Source: a phage. Taken from it: 64,000 bases of DNA. The notes under the pieces are model-generated. The model saw nothing but the letters and a program-made list of their open reading frames with translations. It searched no databases and had not been told where the DNA came from. The position numbers were made by a program, and so were the translations under genes. Location of the stretch: sequence record PZ049694.1. The stretch is one strand, 5' to 3'. Of the stretch, positions 46,155 through 60,541 are shown in pieces (within the stretch, counting starts at the first letter, position 1; the number at the start of each line of letters is the position of its first letter).

Positions 46155-47734
46155 GTAATAACAATACATACCAACACGTTTCAAATGAATCTATTTACGT
46201 TGAATTCGACCCTACTGGGTCGAATTTTCCAGATACAGTCACTAATGTCCAAGCCGCATTAGCTGCTATTTCTCCTTCAGGTGTTAATGGCGTACCGGAA
46301 GCAACAACTACTACACCTGGAATTATTCAAATAGCCACTCCACAAGAAGTTATTGATGGATTAGATAATAGTAAAGCTGTTACTCCGGCATCACTGAATG
46401 CTCGTCTACAATATCCTAATGCAACCGAAACTCAATATGGTTTAACTCGTTATGCTACTGAAGATGAAGCAGTAGCCGGAGCTATTGACGATGCATCAAT
46501 TACTCCGCTTAAATTGAATCAAAAAATAGACAATGTATTCCAGACAAAAGTATCAACAGAAGCAACAAATGGTGTAATTAAAATTTCAACTTCTGCTGCG
46601 GCATTAGCTGGTTCTGACGATACAACGGCAATGACTCCGTTAAAAACGCAACAATTAGCAATTAAACTTATTTCGCAAATTGCTCCAAATAATAGTGACG
46701 CCACCGAATCTATTACAGGTGTTGTTCGTTTAGCTACAGTTGCACAAGCACAACAAGGCACCCTGCGTGAAGGCTATGCAATTTCACCTTATACCTTTAT
46801 GAATTCAGTAGCATCAGAAACTAATAAAGGTGTCGTTAAACTAGGGACACAGACTGAAGTAAATAGTAACAACTCTTCAGTTGTAGTGACCGGCGCAACA
46901 TTAAACGGGCGTGGGGCTACAACTTCTTTACGTGGAGTTGTTCGTTTAACTACACAAGCGGGTAGCCAATCAGGTGGTGATGGTTCTTCTGCCCTTGCTT
47001 GGAATGCTGATGTTATCCACCAACGAGGCGGTCAAACTATTAATGGCACTCTTCGCATTAATAATACGTTGACGGTTGGTTCTGGTGGTGCTAATATAAC
47101 GGGTAATGTCAATATGACCGGTGGTTATATTCAAGGCAATCGTATTGTGACTCAAAATGAATTAGACCGAATTCTTCCAGTTGGCGCTATTACAATGTGG
47201 GCTGCAGATAGTTTGCCGAGTTCGGACTGGCGTTTCTGTCACGGTGGGACCGTTTCTGCTTCAGAATGTCCGGTATATGCTTCCAGAATTGGGACACGAT
47301 ATGGTGGTAGTTCTTCTAACCCAGGCTTGCCCGATATGCGTGGATTATTTGTTCGCGGCTCCGGTCGTGGTAACCATTTAACTAACCCTAATGTTAATGG
47401 TAATGACCAATTCGGTAAGCCTCGTCTGGCGGTAGGTTGTACCGGTGGATATGTTGGTGAGGTGCAAAAACAACAGATGTCATATCATAAGCATGCTGGC
47501 GGTTTTGGTGAACATGACGATGCAGGAGCATTCGGTAATACTCGTCGTTCAAACTTTGTTGGTACTCGTAAAGGACTTGACTGGGATAACCGTTCGTATT
47601 TTACTAACGATGGATATGAAATTGATCCAGCGTCTCAGCGTAACTCTAAATATACCCTGAATCGTCCAGAATTAATTGGAAATGAAACTCGCCCATGGAA
47701 TATTTCTTTAAACTATATCATTAAGGTAAAATAA
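46151..47734 (+). CDS. 12: short tail fibre gp12
   Basis: 527 aa, same length as T4 gp12; ATGA overlap with gp11. Confidence 0.85.
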   Translation: MSNNNTYQHVSNESIYVEFDPTGSNFPDTVTNVQAALAAISPSGVNGVPEATTTTPGIIQIATPQEVIDGLDNSKAVTPASLNARLQYPNATETQYGLTRYATEDEAVAGAIDDASITPLKLNQKIDNVFQTKVSTEATNGVIKISTSAAALAGSDDTTAMTPLKTQQLAIKLISQIAPNNSDATESITGVVRLATVAQAQQGTLREGYAISPYTFMNSVASETNKGVVKLGTQTEVNSNNSSVVVTGATLNGRGATTSLRGVVRLTTQAGSQSGGDGSSALAWNADVIHQRGGQTINGTLRINNTLTVGSGGANITGNVNMTGGYIQGNRIVTQNELDRILPVGAITMWAADSLPSSDWRFCHGGTVSASECPVYASRIGTRYGGSSSNPGLPDMRGLFVRGSGRGNHLTNPNVNGNDQFGKPRLAVGCTGGYVGEVQKQQMSYHKHAGGFGEHDDAGAFGNTRRSNFVGTRKGLDWDNRSYFTNDGYEIDPASQRNSKYTLNRPELIGNETRPWNISLNYIIKVK

Positions 47735-49182
47735 TGACTGATATAACTCTGGTAGATTTACCATATGTTGACGGCCCACCAGACGCGGGTCAGAGTCGTA
47801 TTGAATGGATTAAAAACGATGAAGAAATAACAGGTGCTGACACAAAATACGGTTCTGAAGGTGTAATGAACCGTCCTATTGTTGAAGTTCAACGTAACGT
47901 AGAAGCGTTAGATGTTAATATTAAAACTATAGCATCTTCTTTGAATACGGCCAATGAAGATATCAAAGCTATTCAAGGTATTTTAGATGTTTCTGGGGAT
48001 GTTGATGCTCTTGCACAGATAGGCCAGAACACCCAAGATATCGATGTCATTAAAGTCACAGTTCAAACCCATGCCAGTGAATTGAATGATTTGAATGAAC
48101 ATATTGATGCGAATACTGACGATATTGGTGTTTATAATCAGGAAACAGATTCAGTTTATAGAACGGTTCGTAACGACCTGCTTTGGATTAAAAATGAATT
48201 AGGACAATATACCGGTCAAGATATTAATGGGGTTCCTACTCCAGGAAATGATAGCACTGGTATGAAACGCCGTATTATGACTAATAGCTCCGTAATTGTT
48301 GACCACGGTGTTCGATTAACTGATTTGGAAACTAAATTTGCTGATTCTGACGTCGGCTCTTTAACTGTTGAAGTTGAACACTTGCGCGAAGAAATGGGGC
48401 CTCGCACTTCTTTCACTACTCCAGTGTTTAGTCGTCTTTCCGGTATTGATTTAACTTTGTCGCGTCAAAATGCTGACTTGGATGGCATTAAACAGTCTAT
48501 TGGGTATCCTAATACGACTTCTATTATTACTACAACTAATGCGAATAGTTCAGCAATAAACGACATTAATCTTGAGCTCAATCAATCTGGTGGTATTAAA
48601 CCTCGTTTGACTACAGTAGAAACTGCCATTGGCGCCGATGATTTGCCTACTACAATCCAAGGACGTATTAAACTCAATACTGATGCTATCGGAGCATTGA
48701 ATACTGTTGTCGGCTCTGATTCTTCGTCAGGATTGCGTTTTAATGTGTCATGGTTAAATAACGTAGTTGGTGTTGACGCTTCAGGTGGGAAACCGGAACC
48801 AGACGGCTCTTTGCTTTATCGTACTCGAGAGCTTGAAGGAACTATCGGTGGGCTGAGTAATGACATTCAGAACATTCAAACTGATGTTGGGACTAATTCC
48901 ACAGGAATTAAGGGTTCTGTAAACACATTAAATACTCTTATAAATGGCACCAACCCAAATGGTTCGACTGTTGAAGAACGTGGTATATTGCCTACAGTTA
49001 AAAGTCATGATACGACAATTAATGGTTTAACTTCTAGAATTGCTACTCTTGAAACTGATTTGGCCGCTGCAGAAGCTGAAATCCAAACTCTTAAGGACGC
49101 TGGATATATTGAAGATGCTCCTTCAGACGGTAAATTCTATGTTCGCAAAGATGGTGCATGGGTTGAACTTCCTACAGCTTAA
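47734..49182 (+). CDS. wac: fibritin (whisker) wac
   Basis: 482 aa; N-terminal [17 protein letters not shown]; long coiled-coil; C-terminal foldon-like GYIEDAPSDGKFYVRKDGAWVELPTA. Confidence 0.88.
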   Translation: MTDITLVDLPYVDGPPDAGQSRIEWIKNDEEITGADTKYGSEGVMNRPIVEVQRNVEALDVNIKTIASSLNTANEDIKAIQGILDVSGDVDALAQIGQNTQDIDVIKVTVQTHASELNDLNEHIDANTDDIGVYNQETDSVYRTVRNDLLWIKNELGQYTGQDINGVPTPGNDSTGMKRRIMTNSSVIVDHGVRLTDLETKFADSDVGSLTVEVEHLREEMGPRTSFTTPVFSRLSGIDLTLSRQNADLDGIKQSIGYPNTTSIITTTNANSSAINDINLELNQSGGIKPRLTTVETAIGADDLPTTIQGRIKLNTDAIGALNTVVGSDSSSGLRFNVSWLNNVVGVDASGGKPEPDGSLLYRTRELEGTIGGLSNDIQNIQTDVGTNSTGIKGSVNTLNTLINGTNPNGSTVEERGILPTVKSHDTTINGLTSRIATLETDLAAAEAEIQTLKDAGYIEDAPSDGKFYVRKDGAWVELPTA

Positions 49183-49187
49183 TGAAA

Positions 49188-49203
49188 AGGGCCTTCGGGC
49201 CCT
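49188..49203 (+). other. UUCG-loop hairpin after wac (no U-tract)
   Basis: agggcc-TTCG-ggccct. Confidence 0.35.
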
Positions 49204-49214
49204 AAAGGATTTAT

Positions 49215-50141
49215 ATGTCAGGTTATAATGCACAAAACCCTAAAGAATTAAAGGACGTAATATTACGTCGTTTAGGCGCTCCTATTGTAAATGTTGAATT
49301 AACTACAGACCAAATTTATGATTGTATTTCACGAGCGTTAGAACTTTATGGCGAATACCATTTTGACGGGTTGAATAAAGGTTTCCACGTATTTTTTGTT
49401 GATGACGAAGAAAAATACCGTCATGGTGTATTTGATATGCGTGGTTCTAATGTATTTGCTGTAACAAGAATTATAAGAACAAATGTTGGCTCTATTACTT
49501 CAATGGATGGTAATGCAACTTATCCATGGTTCACTGATTTCCTTTTAGGAATGGCAGGTGTTTCAGGTGGTATGGGTAGTAATTGTGGTAAATTCTACGG
49601 CCCGAACGCTTTTGGCGCTGATCTCGGGTATTATTCTCAATTAGTATCTTATATGGGTATGCTTCAAGATATGATTGCTCCTCTTCCAGATTTTTGGTTT
49701 AACTCTGCAAACGAGCAATTAAAAGTGATGGGTAACTTTAGACAGAAAGATGTCATTATCGTTGAATCATACGTTCGCTCTTATATCGAGACCCATAAGA
49801 TGGTAGGAAATACAGTAGGGTACGGACAGGTCGGTCCTCGTGATTCATGGTCTATTTCTGAACGTTATGATAATCCAGACCATAATTTGGTCGGACGTCG
49901 AGTTGGTGAAGATCCTGCAACTAAACAAGGCGCATATAACAACCGCTGGGTTAAAGATTATGCAACTGCATTAGCTAAAGAGCTTAATGGACAAATTCTT
50001 GCTAAACATCAAGGTATGATGTTACCTGGTGGCGTCACTGTCGATGGTGTTCGATTAATTGAAGAAGCTCGTTTAGAGAAAGAAGCTTTACGAGAAGAGT
50101 TATATTTACTGGACCCTCCTGCAGGTATTTTGGTAGGTTAA
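49215..50141 (+). CDS. 13: neck protein gp13
   Basis: 308 aa; synteny and size match T4 gp13. Confidence 0.85.
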   Translation: MSGYNAQNPKELKDVILRRLGAPIVNVELTTDQIYDCISRALELYGEYHFDGLNKGFHVFFVDDEEKYRHGVFDMRGSNVFAVTRIIRTNVGSITSMDGNATYPWFTDFLLGMAGVSGGMGSNCGKFYGPNAFGADLGYYSQLVSYMGMLQDMIAPLPDFWFNSANEQLKVMGNFRQKDVIIVESYVRSYIETHKMVGNTVGYGQVGPRDSWSISERYDNPDHNLVGRRVGEDPATKQGAYNNRWVKDYATALAKELNGQILAKHQGMMLPGGVTVDGVRLIEEARLEKEALREELYLLDPPAGILVG

Positions 50142-50142
50142 T

Positions 50143-50907
50143 ATGGCAACTTATGATAAAAATCTTTTCGCCAAACTAGAAAATCGTGGTGGGTATTCTC
50201 AAACAAATGAGACCGAAATCCTCAATCCATTTGTCAATTTTAATAATTATGAGAATAGTCAGACATTAGCCGATGTTCTAGTGGCAGAAAGCATACAGAT
50301 GCGCGGTATTGAATGTTTTTATGTTCCACGTGAATATGTTGCCGTGGACCTTATCTTTGGTGAGGACCTTAAAAATAAATTTACTAAAGCATGGAAATTT
50401 GCTGCATATCTGAACTCTTTTGAAGGTTATGAAGGAGCGAAATCCTTCTTCAGCAACTTCGGAATGCAAGTTCAAGACGAAGTTACATTATCTATTAACC
50501 CGGGTCTTTTCAAACACCAGGTCAACAATCAGGAGCCCAAGGAAGGTGATTTAATATACTTCCCAATGGACAATAGTTTGTTTGAGATTAACTGGGTTGA
50601 ACCATATGACCCATTCTATCAAGTAGGTAAAAATGCGATTCGTAAAATTACTGCAGGCAAGTTTATTTACTCTGGCGAAGAAATCAATCCGGTGCTTCAG
50701 AAAAATGAAGGTATCAATATACCTGAATTTAGTGACTTGGAACTTAACCCTGTTAGAAATCTTGACGGTATCCATGACATTAATATCGATGAATATTCTG
50801 AAGTTGAGCAAATCAATTCAGAGGCAAGTGAATACGTTGAGCCGTATGTAGTAGTTAACAACCGTGGTAGACAAAATTCACCATTTGACGATGGGTTTAT
50901 GAATTAA
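50143..50907 (+). CDS. 14: neck protein gp14
   Basis: 254 aa; synteny and size match T4 gp14. Confidence 0.85.
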   Translation: MATYDKNLFAKLENRGGYSQTNETEILNPFVNFNNYENSQTLADVLVAESIQMRGIECFYVPREYVAVDLIFGEDLKNKFTKAWKFAAYLNSFEGYEGAKSFFSNFGMQVQDEVTLSINPGLFKHQVNNQEPKEGDLIYFPMDNSLFEINWVEPYDPFYQVGKNAIRKITAGKFIYSGEEINPVLQKNEGINIPEFSDLELNPVRNLDGIHDINIDEYSEVEQINSEASEYVEPYVVVNNRGRQNSPFDDGFMN

Positions 50908-50958
50908 TAAATAGATAAGATAAGCAAACACCGGTCGAAAGGCCGGTTAGGAGAAATG

Positions 50959-51780
50959 ATGTTTGGCTATTTTTACAACTCGTCGTTCAGGCGATATATC
51001 ACAATGATGGGCGATTTGTTTTCAAATATCCAAGTTAACCGTCAATTGTCTACAGGCAATAAATTAATTAGAGTTCCTATTACGTATGCATCTAAAGAGC
51101 ACTTTATGATGAAACTTAATAAATGGACCTCTATAAACTCACAAGAAGATGTGGCTAAAGTCGAAACTATTCTACCACGTATAAATCTCCAAATGGTAGA
51201 TTTCGTTTATAACCCGACGTTTAAAACGAATATATTGAATAACTCTCTTTTGAGTAAATCGACTAAGGATATTGTAGACCAATACAACCCATCACCAATT
51301 AAAATGATTTTTGAACTGAGCATCTTTACTCGTTATGAAGATGATATGTTCCAAATCGTTGAGCAAATTATTCCATATTTTCAGCCGCATTTTAATACGA
51401 CTATGATTGAGCAATATGGGCAGGATATTCCATTTGAAAGGGATATTAAAGTCGTATGGATGGCAGCAGCAATGGATGAACAAATAGACGGTGATAATTT
51501 ATCCCGTCGACGTTTAGAGTGGTCATTAACATTTGAAGTAAATGGATGGATGTATCCTCCGGTAGGCGCAGCTGAAGGCCTTATTAAAACGACTTATCTT
51601 GATTTTCATGCTAATGAGCGAGACCTTCAAACAGCCGCCAGTGTTTTTGAATCAGTTGATACAGAAATTAAACCGAGAGACGTTGAAGCACAAGATTGGA
51701 ATGGTGAAGTTGAACAAACTTATACTCATGATATTCCAATCCCGACTCCACCAACCCCTCCTGGTCCTAGAAAACAATAA
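50959..51780 (+). CDS. 15: tail sheath stabiliser / terminator gp15
   Basis: MFGYFYNSSFRRY N-terminus; AGGAG Shine-Dalgarno; second ATG chosen. Confidence 0.85.
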   Translation: MFGYFYNSSFRRYITMMGDLFSNIQVNRQLSTGNKLIRVPITYASKEHFMMKLNKWTSINSQEDVAKVETILPRINLQMVDFVYNPTFKTNILNNSLLSKSTKDIVDQYNPSPIKMIFELSIFTRYEDDMFQIVEQIIPYFQPHFNTTMIEQYGQDIPFERDIKVVWMAAAMDEQIDGDNLSRRRLEWSLTFEVNGWMYPPVGAAEGLIKTTYLDFHANERDLQTAASVFESVDTEIKPRDVEAQDWNGEVEQTYTHDIPIPTPPTPPGPRKQ

Positions 51781-51789
51781 GAGGTAAAT

Positions 51790-54106
<2,317 letters not shown>

Positions 54107-54133
54107 AAATAAAGCAAATTAAGAGGAATTAAA

Positions 54134-56116
54134 ATGGCACTTCTCTCTCCGGGCGTTGAGCTCAAAGAAACTACCGTACAGAGTACTGTAGTTAATAACT
54201 CCACTGGTACTGCTGCCCTGGCTGGAAAATTCCAATGGGGACCTGCATTCCAGATTAAACAAATCACTGATGAAGTTGCATTGGTTGATATGTTTGGTAC
54301 TCCTAATACAGATACAGCAGATTATTTCATGTCTGCTATGAACTTCCTTCAATATGGTAATGACCTTCGTGTTGTACGCGCAGTTGATCGTGATACTGCT
54401 AAGAACTCATCTCCTGTAGCAGGCAATATTGAATTCACAATCTCTGCTGCTGGTAGTAACTATGCAGTTGGTGATAAAATTATCGTTAAGTATTTGACCG
54501 AAACTGTTGAAGCAGATGGTTATGTCACTTCAGTTGATGTCGATGGTAAAATTCTTAACATTTATATCCCGACCGGTAAAATTATTGCTCGTGCAAAAGA
54601 AATTAACGAATATCCGGCATTGGGTTCTAACTGGACCGCCGAAGTTGCCAGTTCTTCTTCTGGACTTTCTGGCGTTATTACAATTGGTTCTATCGTAACC
54701 GATTCCGGTATTCTGTTAACTGAAGTTGAAACTTCTGAAGAAGCTATTACTTCTCTAACTTTCCAAGAATCTATTAAAAAATATGGCGTCCCAGGCGTAG
54801 TTGCTCTTTATCCTGGTGAACTTGGCGACCAGCTCGAAATTGAAATCGTATCTAAAGCAGACTACGACAAAGGTGCTTCAGCCCAGTTAAAAATTTATCC
54901 TGATGGTGGTACTCGCGCATCTACTGCTAAAGCAATATTTGGGTATGGCCCACAAACTGATGACCAATATGCAATTATCGTTCGTCGTAACGATGCTGTA
55001 GTTCAGAGCGTAATTCTTTCTACTAAACGTGGTGAACGCGATATTTATGGTAGTAATATCTTTATTGATGATTTCTTTGCTAAAGGCGCAAGCAATTATA
55101 TTTTCGCTACTGCACAAGGTTGGCCAAAAGGTTTCTCTGGCGTAATCAAACTGGGTGGTGGCTTATCATCTAATGAAACGGTTGACGCTGGTGATTTAAT
55201 GGAAGCTTGGGATTTGTTTGCTGACCGCGAATCTGTTAATGCGCAGTTGTTTATTGCCGGTTCTTGTGCAGGTGAATCTTTAGAAGTTGCTTCTACAGTT
55301 CAGAAACATGTTGTAGCAATTGGTGATTCTCGCCAAGATTGCTTGGTTCTTTGCTCACCGCCACGTGCAACTATAGTCGGTATTCCTGTTAATCGTGCAG
55401 TTGATAATCTGGTTGATTGGCGTACTGCGTCAGGAACTTACACTGATAATAACTTTAATGTAAGTTCTACTTACGCTGCTATTGACGGTAACTATAAATA
55501 TCAATATGACAAATATAATGATGTGAATCGCTGGGTTCCATTAGCTGCTGATATTGCTGGTCTTTGTGCTCGCACAGACAATATTTCTCAGCCTTGGATG
55601 TCTCCAGCCGGTTATAACCGTGGTCAAATTCTTAACGTTATTAAGCTTGCAATAGAAACTCGTCAACCGCAGCGTGATCGTTTGTATCAGGAAGCTATTA
55701 ACCCTGTTACTGGTACCGGTGGTGATGGGTATGTTCTGTACGGTGATAAAACTGCCACTTCTGTTCCTTCACCATTTGACCGTATTAACGTTCGTCGTTT
55801 GTTCAATATGGTTAAAACGAACATTGGTTCAGCATCTAAATATCGCCTGTTTGAATTGAACAACGCATTTACTCGTTCTTCTTTCCGTACAGAGACTTCT
55901 CAATATCTACAGGGTATTAAAGCTCTTGGTGGTGTATATAACTTTAAAGTTGTTTGTGATACTACCAATAACACCCCAGCAGTTATCGACCGTAATGAAT
56001 TTGTAGCTACTTTCTACTTACAACCAGCCCGCTCGATAAATTATATTACGTTGAACTTTGTAGCAACAGCAACTGGTGCCGATTTCGACGAACTAATTGG
56101 TGCTGTAGGTGCCTAA
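54134..56116 (+). CDS. 18: tail sheath protein gp18
   Basis: 660 aa; MALLSPGVELKETTVQSTVVNNSTGTAALAGKFQWGP; synteny and size. Confidence 0.9.
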   Translation: MALLSPGVELKETTVQSTVVNNSTGTAALAGKFQWGPAFQIKQITDEVALVDMFGTPNTDTADYFMSAMNFLQYGNDLRVVRAVDRDTAKNSSPVAGNIEFTISAAGSNYAVGDKIIVKYLTETVEADGYVTSVDVDGKILNIYIPTGKIIARAKEINEYPALGSNWTAEVASSSSGLSGVITIGSIVTDSGILLTEVETSEEAITSLTFQESIKKYGVPGVVALYPGELGDQLEIEIVSKADYDKGASAQLKIYPDGGTRASTAKAIFGYGPQTDDQYAIIVRRNDAVVQSVILSTKRGERDIYGSNIFIDDFFAKGASNYIFATAQGWPKGFSGVIKLGGGLSSNETVDAGDLMEAWDLFADRESVNAQLFIAGSCAGESLEVASTVQKHVVAIGDSRQDCLVLCSPPRATIVGIPVNRAVDNLVDWRTASGTYTDNNFNVSSTYAAIDGNYKYQYDKYNDVNRWVPLAADIAGLCARTDNISQPWMSPAGYNRGQILNVIKLAIETRQPQRDRLYQEAINPVTGTGGDGYVLYGDKTATSVPSPFDRINVRRLFNMVKTNIGSASKYRLFELNNAFTRSSFRTETSQYLQGIKALGGVYNFKVVCDTTNNTPAVIDRNEFVATFYLQPARSINYITLNFVATATGADFDELIGAVGA

Positions 56117-56128
56117 TAAGACGCCTGA

Positions 56129-56156
56129 TGGGCTATTTCGGTAGCCCATATAAATA
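56129..56156 (+). promoter_or_regulatory. hairpin plus late promoter TATAAATA between genes 18 and 19
   Basis: gggcta-tttcgg-tagccc hairpin 56129..56148 immediately followed by TATAAATA 56149..56156. Confidence 0.5.
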
Positions 56157-56228
56157 TACTATATCGTTTAAAAATTAATTCTATGGGCCTCCGGTTAATC
56201 CTAAGCCCATATTACTACAGAGGCTAAT

Positions 56229-56720
56229 ATGTTTGTAGATGACGTAACTCGTGCCTTCGAATCAGGTGATTTCGCTCGCCCTAACCTGTTCGAAGTAGAA
56301 ATCTCTTATCTTGGGCAAAACTTTAGCTTCCAGTGTCGTGCTACGGCTCTTCCTGCTGCGATTGTTGAAAAGGTTCCTGTTTCTTATATGAACCGTAAAA
56401 TTAACGTGGCTGGTGATCGTACATTCGATGATTGGACTATTACGGTAATGAACGATGATGCTCATAGCATTCGTCAGAAATTTGTTGATTGGCAAGGTAT
56501 TGCAGCAGGACAAGGTAATGAAATTACCGGTGGAAAACCTGCTGAATATAAAAAGACTGCTATCGTTCGTCAATTTGCTCGTGATGCTAAAACGGTCACT
56601 AAAGAAGTTGAAATTGTCGGCTTGTGGCCTACTAACGTTGGTGAAGTATCTCTTGACTGGGACAGCAATAACGAGATTGAAACGTTCGAAGTAACTCTTG
56701 CTCTTGATTGGTGGGAATAA
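56229..56720 (+). CDS. 19: tail tube protein gp19
   Basis: 163 aa; synteny and size match T4 gp19. Confidence 0.88.
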   Translation: MFVDDVTRAFESGDFARPNLFEVEISYLGQNFSFQCRATALPAAIVEKVPVSYMNRKINVAGDRTFDDWTITVMNDDAHSIRQKFVDWQGIAAGQGNEITGGKPAEYKKTAIVRQFARDAKTVTKEVEIVGLWPTNVGEVSLDWDSNNEIETFEVTLALDWWE

Positions 56721-56725
56721 TCTGG

Positions 56726-56776
56726 TTGGGGAGAAATCCCCAGCTTCCCGTGATGACGGAGAAGTCCATATAAATA
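56726..56776 (+). promoter_or_regulatory. hairpin (GAAA loop) plus late promoter TATAAATA upstream of gene 20
   Basis: tgggga-gaaa-tcccca 56726..56741; TATAAATA 56769..56776. Confidence 0.5.
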
Positions 56777-56804
56777 TAACTATAATTCCCATTCGGAGAA
56801 TACA

Positions 56805-58376
56805 ATGAAATTTAATATCTTAAGTTTGTTTGCTCCATGGGCAAAAATGGACGAACGTGATTACAAAGACCAAGAAAAAGAAAATTTAGAATCTATCACC
56901 ACACCAAAATTAGACGACGGCGCTAAAGAATACGAAGTATCTGAAAATGAAGCACAGCAAACATATAATGCTATGTTTCAGAGAATGTTCGGTAGTCAAG
57001 AACCAGGGCTCAAATCAACCCGTGAATTAATCGATACGTATCGAAATTTGATGACGAACTATGAAGTGGATAACGCGGTCTCTGAAATAGTTTCCGATGC
57101 TATCGTGTATGAAGATGATACAGAAGTCGTTTCTATAAATTTAGACAACACAAAATTTAGTCCAAATATCAAATCAATGATGTTGGATGAATTTAACGAA
57201 GTGTTAAATCATTTATCTTTCCAACGTAAAGGTTCAGATCATTTTAGACGTTGGTATGTGGATTCTCGAATTTTCTTCCATAAAATTATTGACCCTAAAC
57301 GCCCTAAAGAAGGTATTAAAGAGCTTCGTCGTTTAGACCCACGTCAAGTTCAATATGTCCGTGAAGTTATTACAACCACTGAAGCCGGTGTTAAAATAGT
57401 CAAGGGTTATAAAGAATATTTCATTTATGACACATCACACGAATCTTATGCTTGTGATGGTCGCATATATGAAGCTGGCACAAAAATAAAAATCCCTAAA
57501 GCCGCGATTGTTTATGCCCATTCTGGTTTAGTTGATTGTTGTGGTAAAAATATCATCGGTTATTTGCATCGGGCTATTAAGCCAGCGAACCAATTAAAAC
57601 TTCTTGAGGATGCCGTAGTAATTTATCGTATTACTCGTGCTCCTGATCGTCGTGTATGGTACGTTGATACAGGTAATATGCCTTCAAGAAAAGCAGCAGA
57701 ACATATGCAACATGTTATGAATACTATGAAAAACCGTATTGCATATGATGCTACTACAGGCAAGATTAAAAACCAGCAGCATATTATGTCGATGACCGAA
57801 GATTATTGGTTACAACGACGTGATGGTAAAGCAGTAACAGAAGTTGACACATTACCGGGTGCAGATAATACTGGAAATATGGAAGATGTACGTTGGTTCC
57901 GTAATGCGCTTTATATGGCTTTACGTATTCCTATTACCCGTATTCCAAGTGACCAAGGTGGTATACAGTTTGATGCTGGTACTTCTATTACGCGAGATGA
58001 ATTGTCATTTGGTAAATTTATTCGTGAGCTGCAACATAAATTTGAAGAGATATTCCTAGACCCGCTTAAAACTAATTTAATTCTTAAAGGAATTATTACA
58101 GAAGATGAGTGGAATGATGAAATAAATAATATTAAGATAAAATTTCATCGGGATAGTTATTTCTCGGAATTAAAGGATGCTGAGATTCTGGAGCGTCGCA
58201 TTAATATGCTTCAGATGGCCGAACCATTTATTGGTAAATATATTTCTCACAGAACAGCTATGAAAGATATTCTTCAGATGTCTGACGAGGAAATTGAACA
58301 AGAGGCTAAGCAAATTGAAGAAGAGTCGAAAGAGGCTCGTTTCCAAGACCCCGACCAAGAACAAGAGGATTTTTAA
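56805..58376 (+). CDS. 20: portal vertex protein gp20
   Basis: 523 aa; synteny and size match T4 gp20. Confidence 0.9.
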   Translation: MKFNILSLFAPWAKMDERDYKDQEKENLESITTPKLDDGAKEYEVSENEAQQTYNAMFQRMFGSQEPGLKSTRELIDTYRNLMTNYEVDNAVSEIVSDAIVYEDDTEVVSINLDNTKFSPNIKSMMLDEFNEVLNHLSFQRKGSDHFRRWYVDSRIFFHKIIDPKRPKEGIKELRRLDPRQVQYVREVITTTEAGVKIVKGYKEYFIYDTSHESYACDGRIYEAGTKIKIPKAAIVYAHSGLVDCCGKNIIGYLHRAIKPANQLKLLEDAVVIYRITRAPDRRVWYVDTGNMPSRKAAEHMQHVMNTMKNRIAYDATTGKIKNQQHIMSMTEDYWLQRRDGKAVTEVDTLPGADNTGNMEDVRWFRNALYMALRIPITRIPSDQGGIQFDAGTSITRDELSFGKFIRELQHKFEEIFLDPLKTNLILKGIITEDEWNDEINNIKIKFHRDSYFSELKDAEILERRINMLQMAEPFIGKYISHRTAMKDILQMSDEEIEQEAKQIEEESKEARFQDPDQEQEDF

Positions 58377-58612
58377 TGGACGATTTAATTCAAGCTATTA
58401 AATCAAACGACCTCGTTGCTACTCGAAAGTTTTTTGAAAGTGCAATGGCAGAAAAAACGGTTCGTTTGATTGAAGCACGCAAAGCAGAAATCGCGTCTCA
58501 ATTTTTGATTGAAGGCGAAGAACCTGAAGAAGAAAAGAAAGCTAAAGCTTCGGAAGACGACGCTGATGAAGGCGATGACGACGAAGACGAAGATGATGAG
58601 GACGATGAATAA
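58376..58612 (+). CDS. 67: prohead core protein gp67
   Basis: 78 aa with poly-acidic C-terminus ([18 protein letters not shown]); ATGA overlap with gp20. Confidence 0.8.
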   Translation: MDDLIQAIKSNDLVATRKFFESAMAEKTVRLIEARKAEIASQFLIEGEEPEEEKKAKASEDDADEGDDDEDEDDEDDE

Positions 58613-59037
58613 TGTATCTTATCCCTGAATCTTATGAATTGGTACTCGAAAATGTCGAAGCACTTATTCCTGAAGCACAGGGCCGAATCGATGCATTGTC
58701 TTCTGCTCTCGATATTGACGATATAAATACTATTATCGAGAACATGCTTGAAACTGAAACGGATTTAGCTGTTGCAATGGCTTCCATTATTAATGAAGAA
58801 CAGTTAAATGAGTTTATTGTTAAACATGTTTCTTCTCGTGGTGAAGTCACCCGCACTAAAGACCGTAAAACTCGCGAACGTAACGCGTTCCAAACAACTG
58901 GTCTTTCTAAAGCAAAACGTAGACAAATCGCTCGTAAGGTCGTTAAAGCTAAAAAAGCTAACCCTTCAGGCCAAGTTAAAGGCTTGCGTAAGCGTAAAAA
59001 AGCTCTTAAACGTCGTAAAGCATTAGGATTAAGCTAA
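58612..59037 (+). CDS. 68: prohead core protein gp68
   Basis: 141 aa, basic C-terminal tail; synteny. Confidence 0.8.
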   Translation: MYLIPESYELVLENVEALIPEAQGRIDALSSALDIDDINTIIENMLETETDLAVAMASIINEEQLNEFIVKHVSSRGEVTRTKDRKTRERNAFQTTGLSKAKRRQIARKVVKAKKANPSGQVKGLRKRKKALKRRKALGLS

Positions 59038-59678
59038 TGAATAAACCCGAGTTACTTATTGAAACTTGGGGTCAACCCGGTGAGATTATTGATGGCGTTC
59101 CAATGTTGGAATCTCATGATGGAAAAGATTCTGGCTTAAAACCAGGGCTTTATATAGAAGGTATTTTTCTTCAGGCAGAGGTTGTTAACCGAAATAAACG
59201 TTTATATCCTAAACGTGTTTTGGAAAAAGCAGTAAGTGACTATATTAAAGAACAAGTTGCAACCAAACAAGCCCTTGGAGAATTAAACCATCCACCTCGT
59301 GCAAATGTTGACCCTATGCAAGCCGCTATCATTATTGAAGATATGTGGTGGAAAGGAAACGATGTATATGGACGTGCTAGAATTATTGAAGGCGACCATG
59401 GTCCCGGTGATAAATTAGCTGCTAATATACGAGCTGGTTGGATTCCAGGTGTTTCCTCTCGTGGTCTTGGTTCTTTAACCGACACCAATAAAGGGTACCG
59501 TATCGTGAACGAAGGATTTAAATTAACCGTCGGCGTAGATGCCGTATGGGGACCTTCTGCTCCAGATGCTTGGGTTACTCCTAAACAAATATCAGAATCA
59601 GAAAATTCGGTGGAAATCACCAAAAACAGTGCTGACGAAGCATTTAAAGCTCTCGCAGAGAGTTTAAAAGCATTATAA
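59037..59678 (+). CDS. 21: prohead core protease gp21
   Basis: 213 aa; synteny and size match T4 gp21. Confidence 0.88.
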   Translation: MNKPELLIETWGQPGEIIDGVPMLESHDGKDSGLKPGLYIEGIFLQAEVVNRNKRLYPKRVLEKAVSDYIKEQVATKQALGELNHPPRANVDPMQAAIIIEDMWWKGNDVYGRARIIEGDHGPGDKLAANIRAGWIPGVSSRGLGSLTDTNKGYRIVNEGFKLTVGVDAVWGPSAPDAWVTPKQISESENSVEITKNSADEAFKALAESLKAL

Positions 59679-59711
59679 ATAATAATGTAATCTAAACCAC
59701 AGGACACTAAA

Positions 59712-60524
59712 ATGATCAAAGAACAACTTTTGAAAGAAGCTCAGAATATCGAGACTTCAGTTGCTCTTAATAGTGTTTTCGAATCAGTAGAACTGTCTCC
59801 GGACGTTAAAGCTAATTTCAGCACTGTATTCGAAGCCACCGTTAAGCAGGAAGCAGTCAAACTAGCTGAATCTCATATCAAAGCTATCGCCGAAAAAGCC
59901 GAAGAAGAAGTTGAAAAGGCTAAAGAAGATGCTGAAGAGAAAGCTGATAAAAAATTGGCTGAACAAGCTTCTAAATTCCTGGACCATCTTGCAAAAGAAT
60001 GGCTCGCAGAAAACCAAATCGCAGTTGATAAAGGCATTAAAGCTGATTTGTTCGAATCCATGCTTGGTGGTCTGAAAGAACTGTTTGTTGAACATAACGT
60101 TGTTGTTCCAGAAGAATCTGTAGATGTTGTAGCAGAAATGGAAGAAGAGCTGGCCGAACATAAAGAAGAAACCGCTCGTTTGTTCGAAGAAGTTACCAAA
60201 CGTGATGCATATATCAATTACGTTCAGCGTGAAACCGCTATTAATGAAAGCGTAAAAGACCTGACTGAATCTCAGAAAGAAAAAGTTATTGGCCTGGTTG
60301 AAGGTATGGATTATTCTGACGCATTTGGTACTAAGTTAACTGCTATTGTAGAAATGGTTAAAGGTTCTACTAAAGAAGAAGCCGATATTACCGAAAGTAT
60401 AAATACAGTTGACAATGACGCTGCCGGTCTTAATTTTGTTGCCGAAGCAGTTGACACTACCACAACTCAGGTAGAACAGAATTCTAATGTAAGTTTATAT
60501 GCGAAAGTCGCATCTCGTTTCTAA
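59712..60524 (+). CDS. 22: prohead core scaffold protein gp22
   Basis: 270 aa, highly charged coiled-coil; synteny. Confidence 0.88.
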   Translation: MIKEQLLKEAQNIETSVALNSVFESVELSPDVKANFSTVFEATVKQEAVKLAESHIKAIAEKAEEEVEKAKEDAEEKADKKLAEQASKFLDHLAKEWLAENQIAVDKGIKADLFESMLGGLKELFVEHNVVVPEESVDVVAEMEEELAEHKEETARLFEEVTKRDAYINYVQRETAINESVKDLTESQKEKVIGLVEGMDYSDAFGTKLTAIVEMVKGSTKEEADITESINTVDNDAAGLNFVAEAVDTTTTQVEQNSNVSLYAKVASRF

Positions 60525-60541
60525 TTTAAAGGTTAACACAA

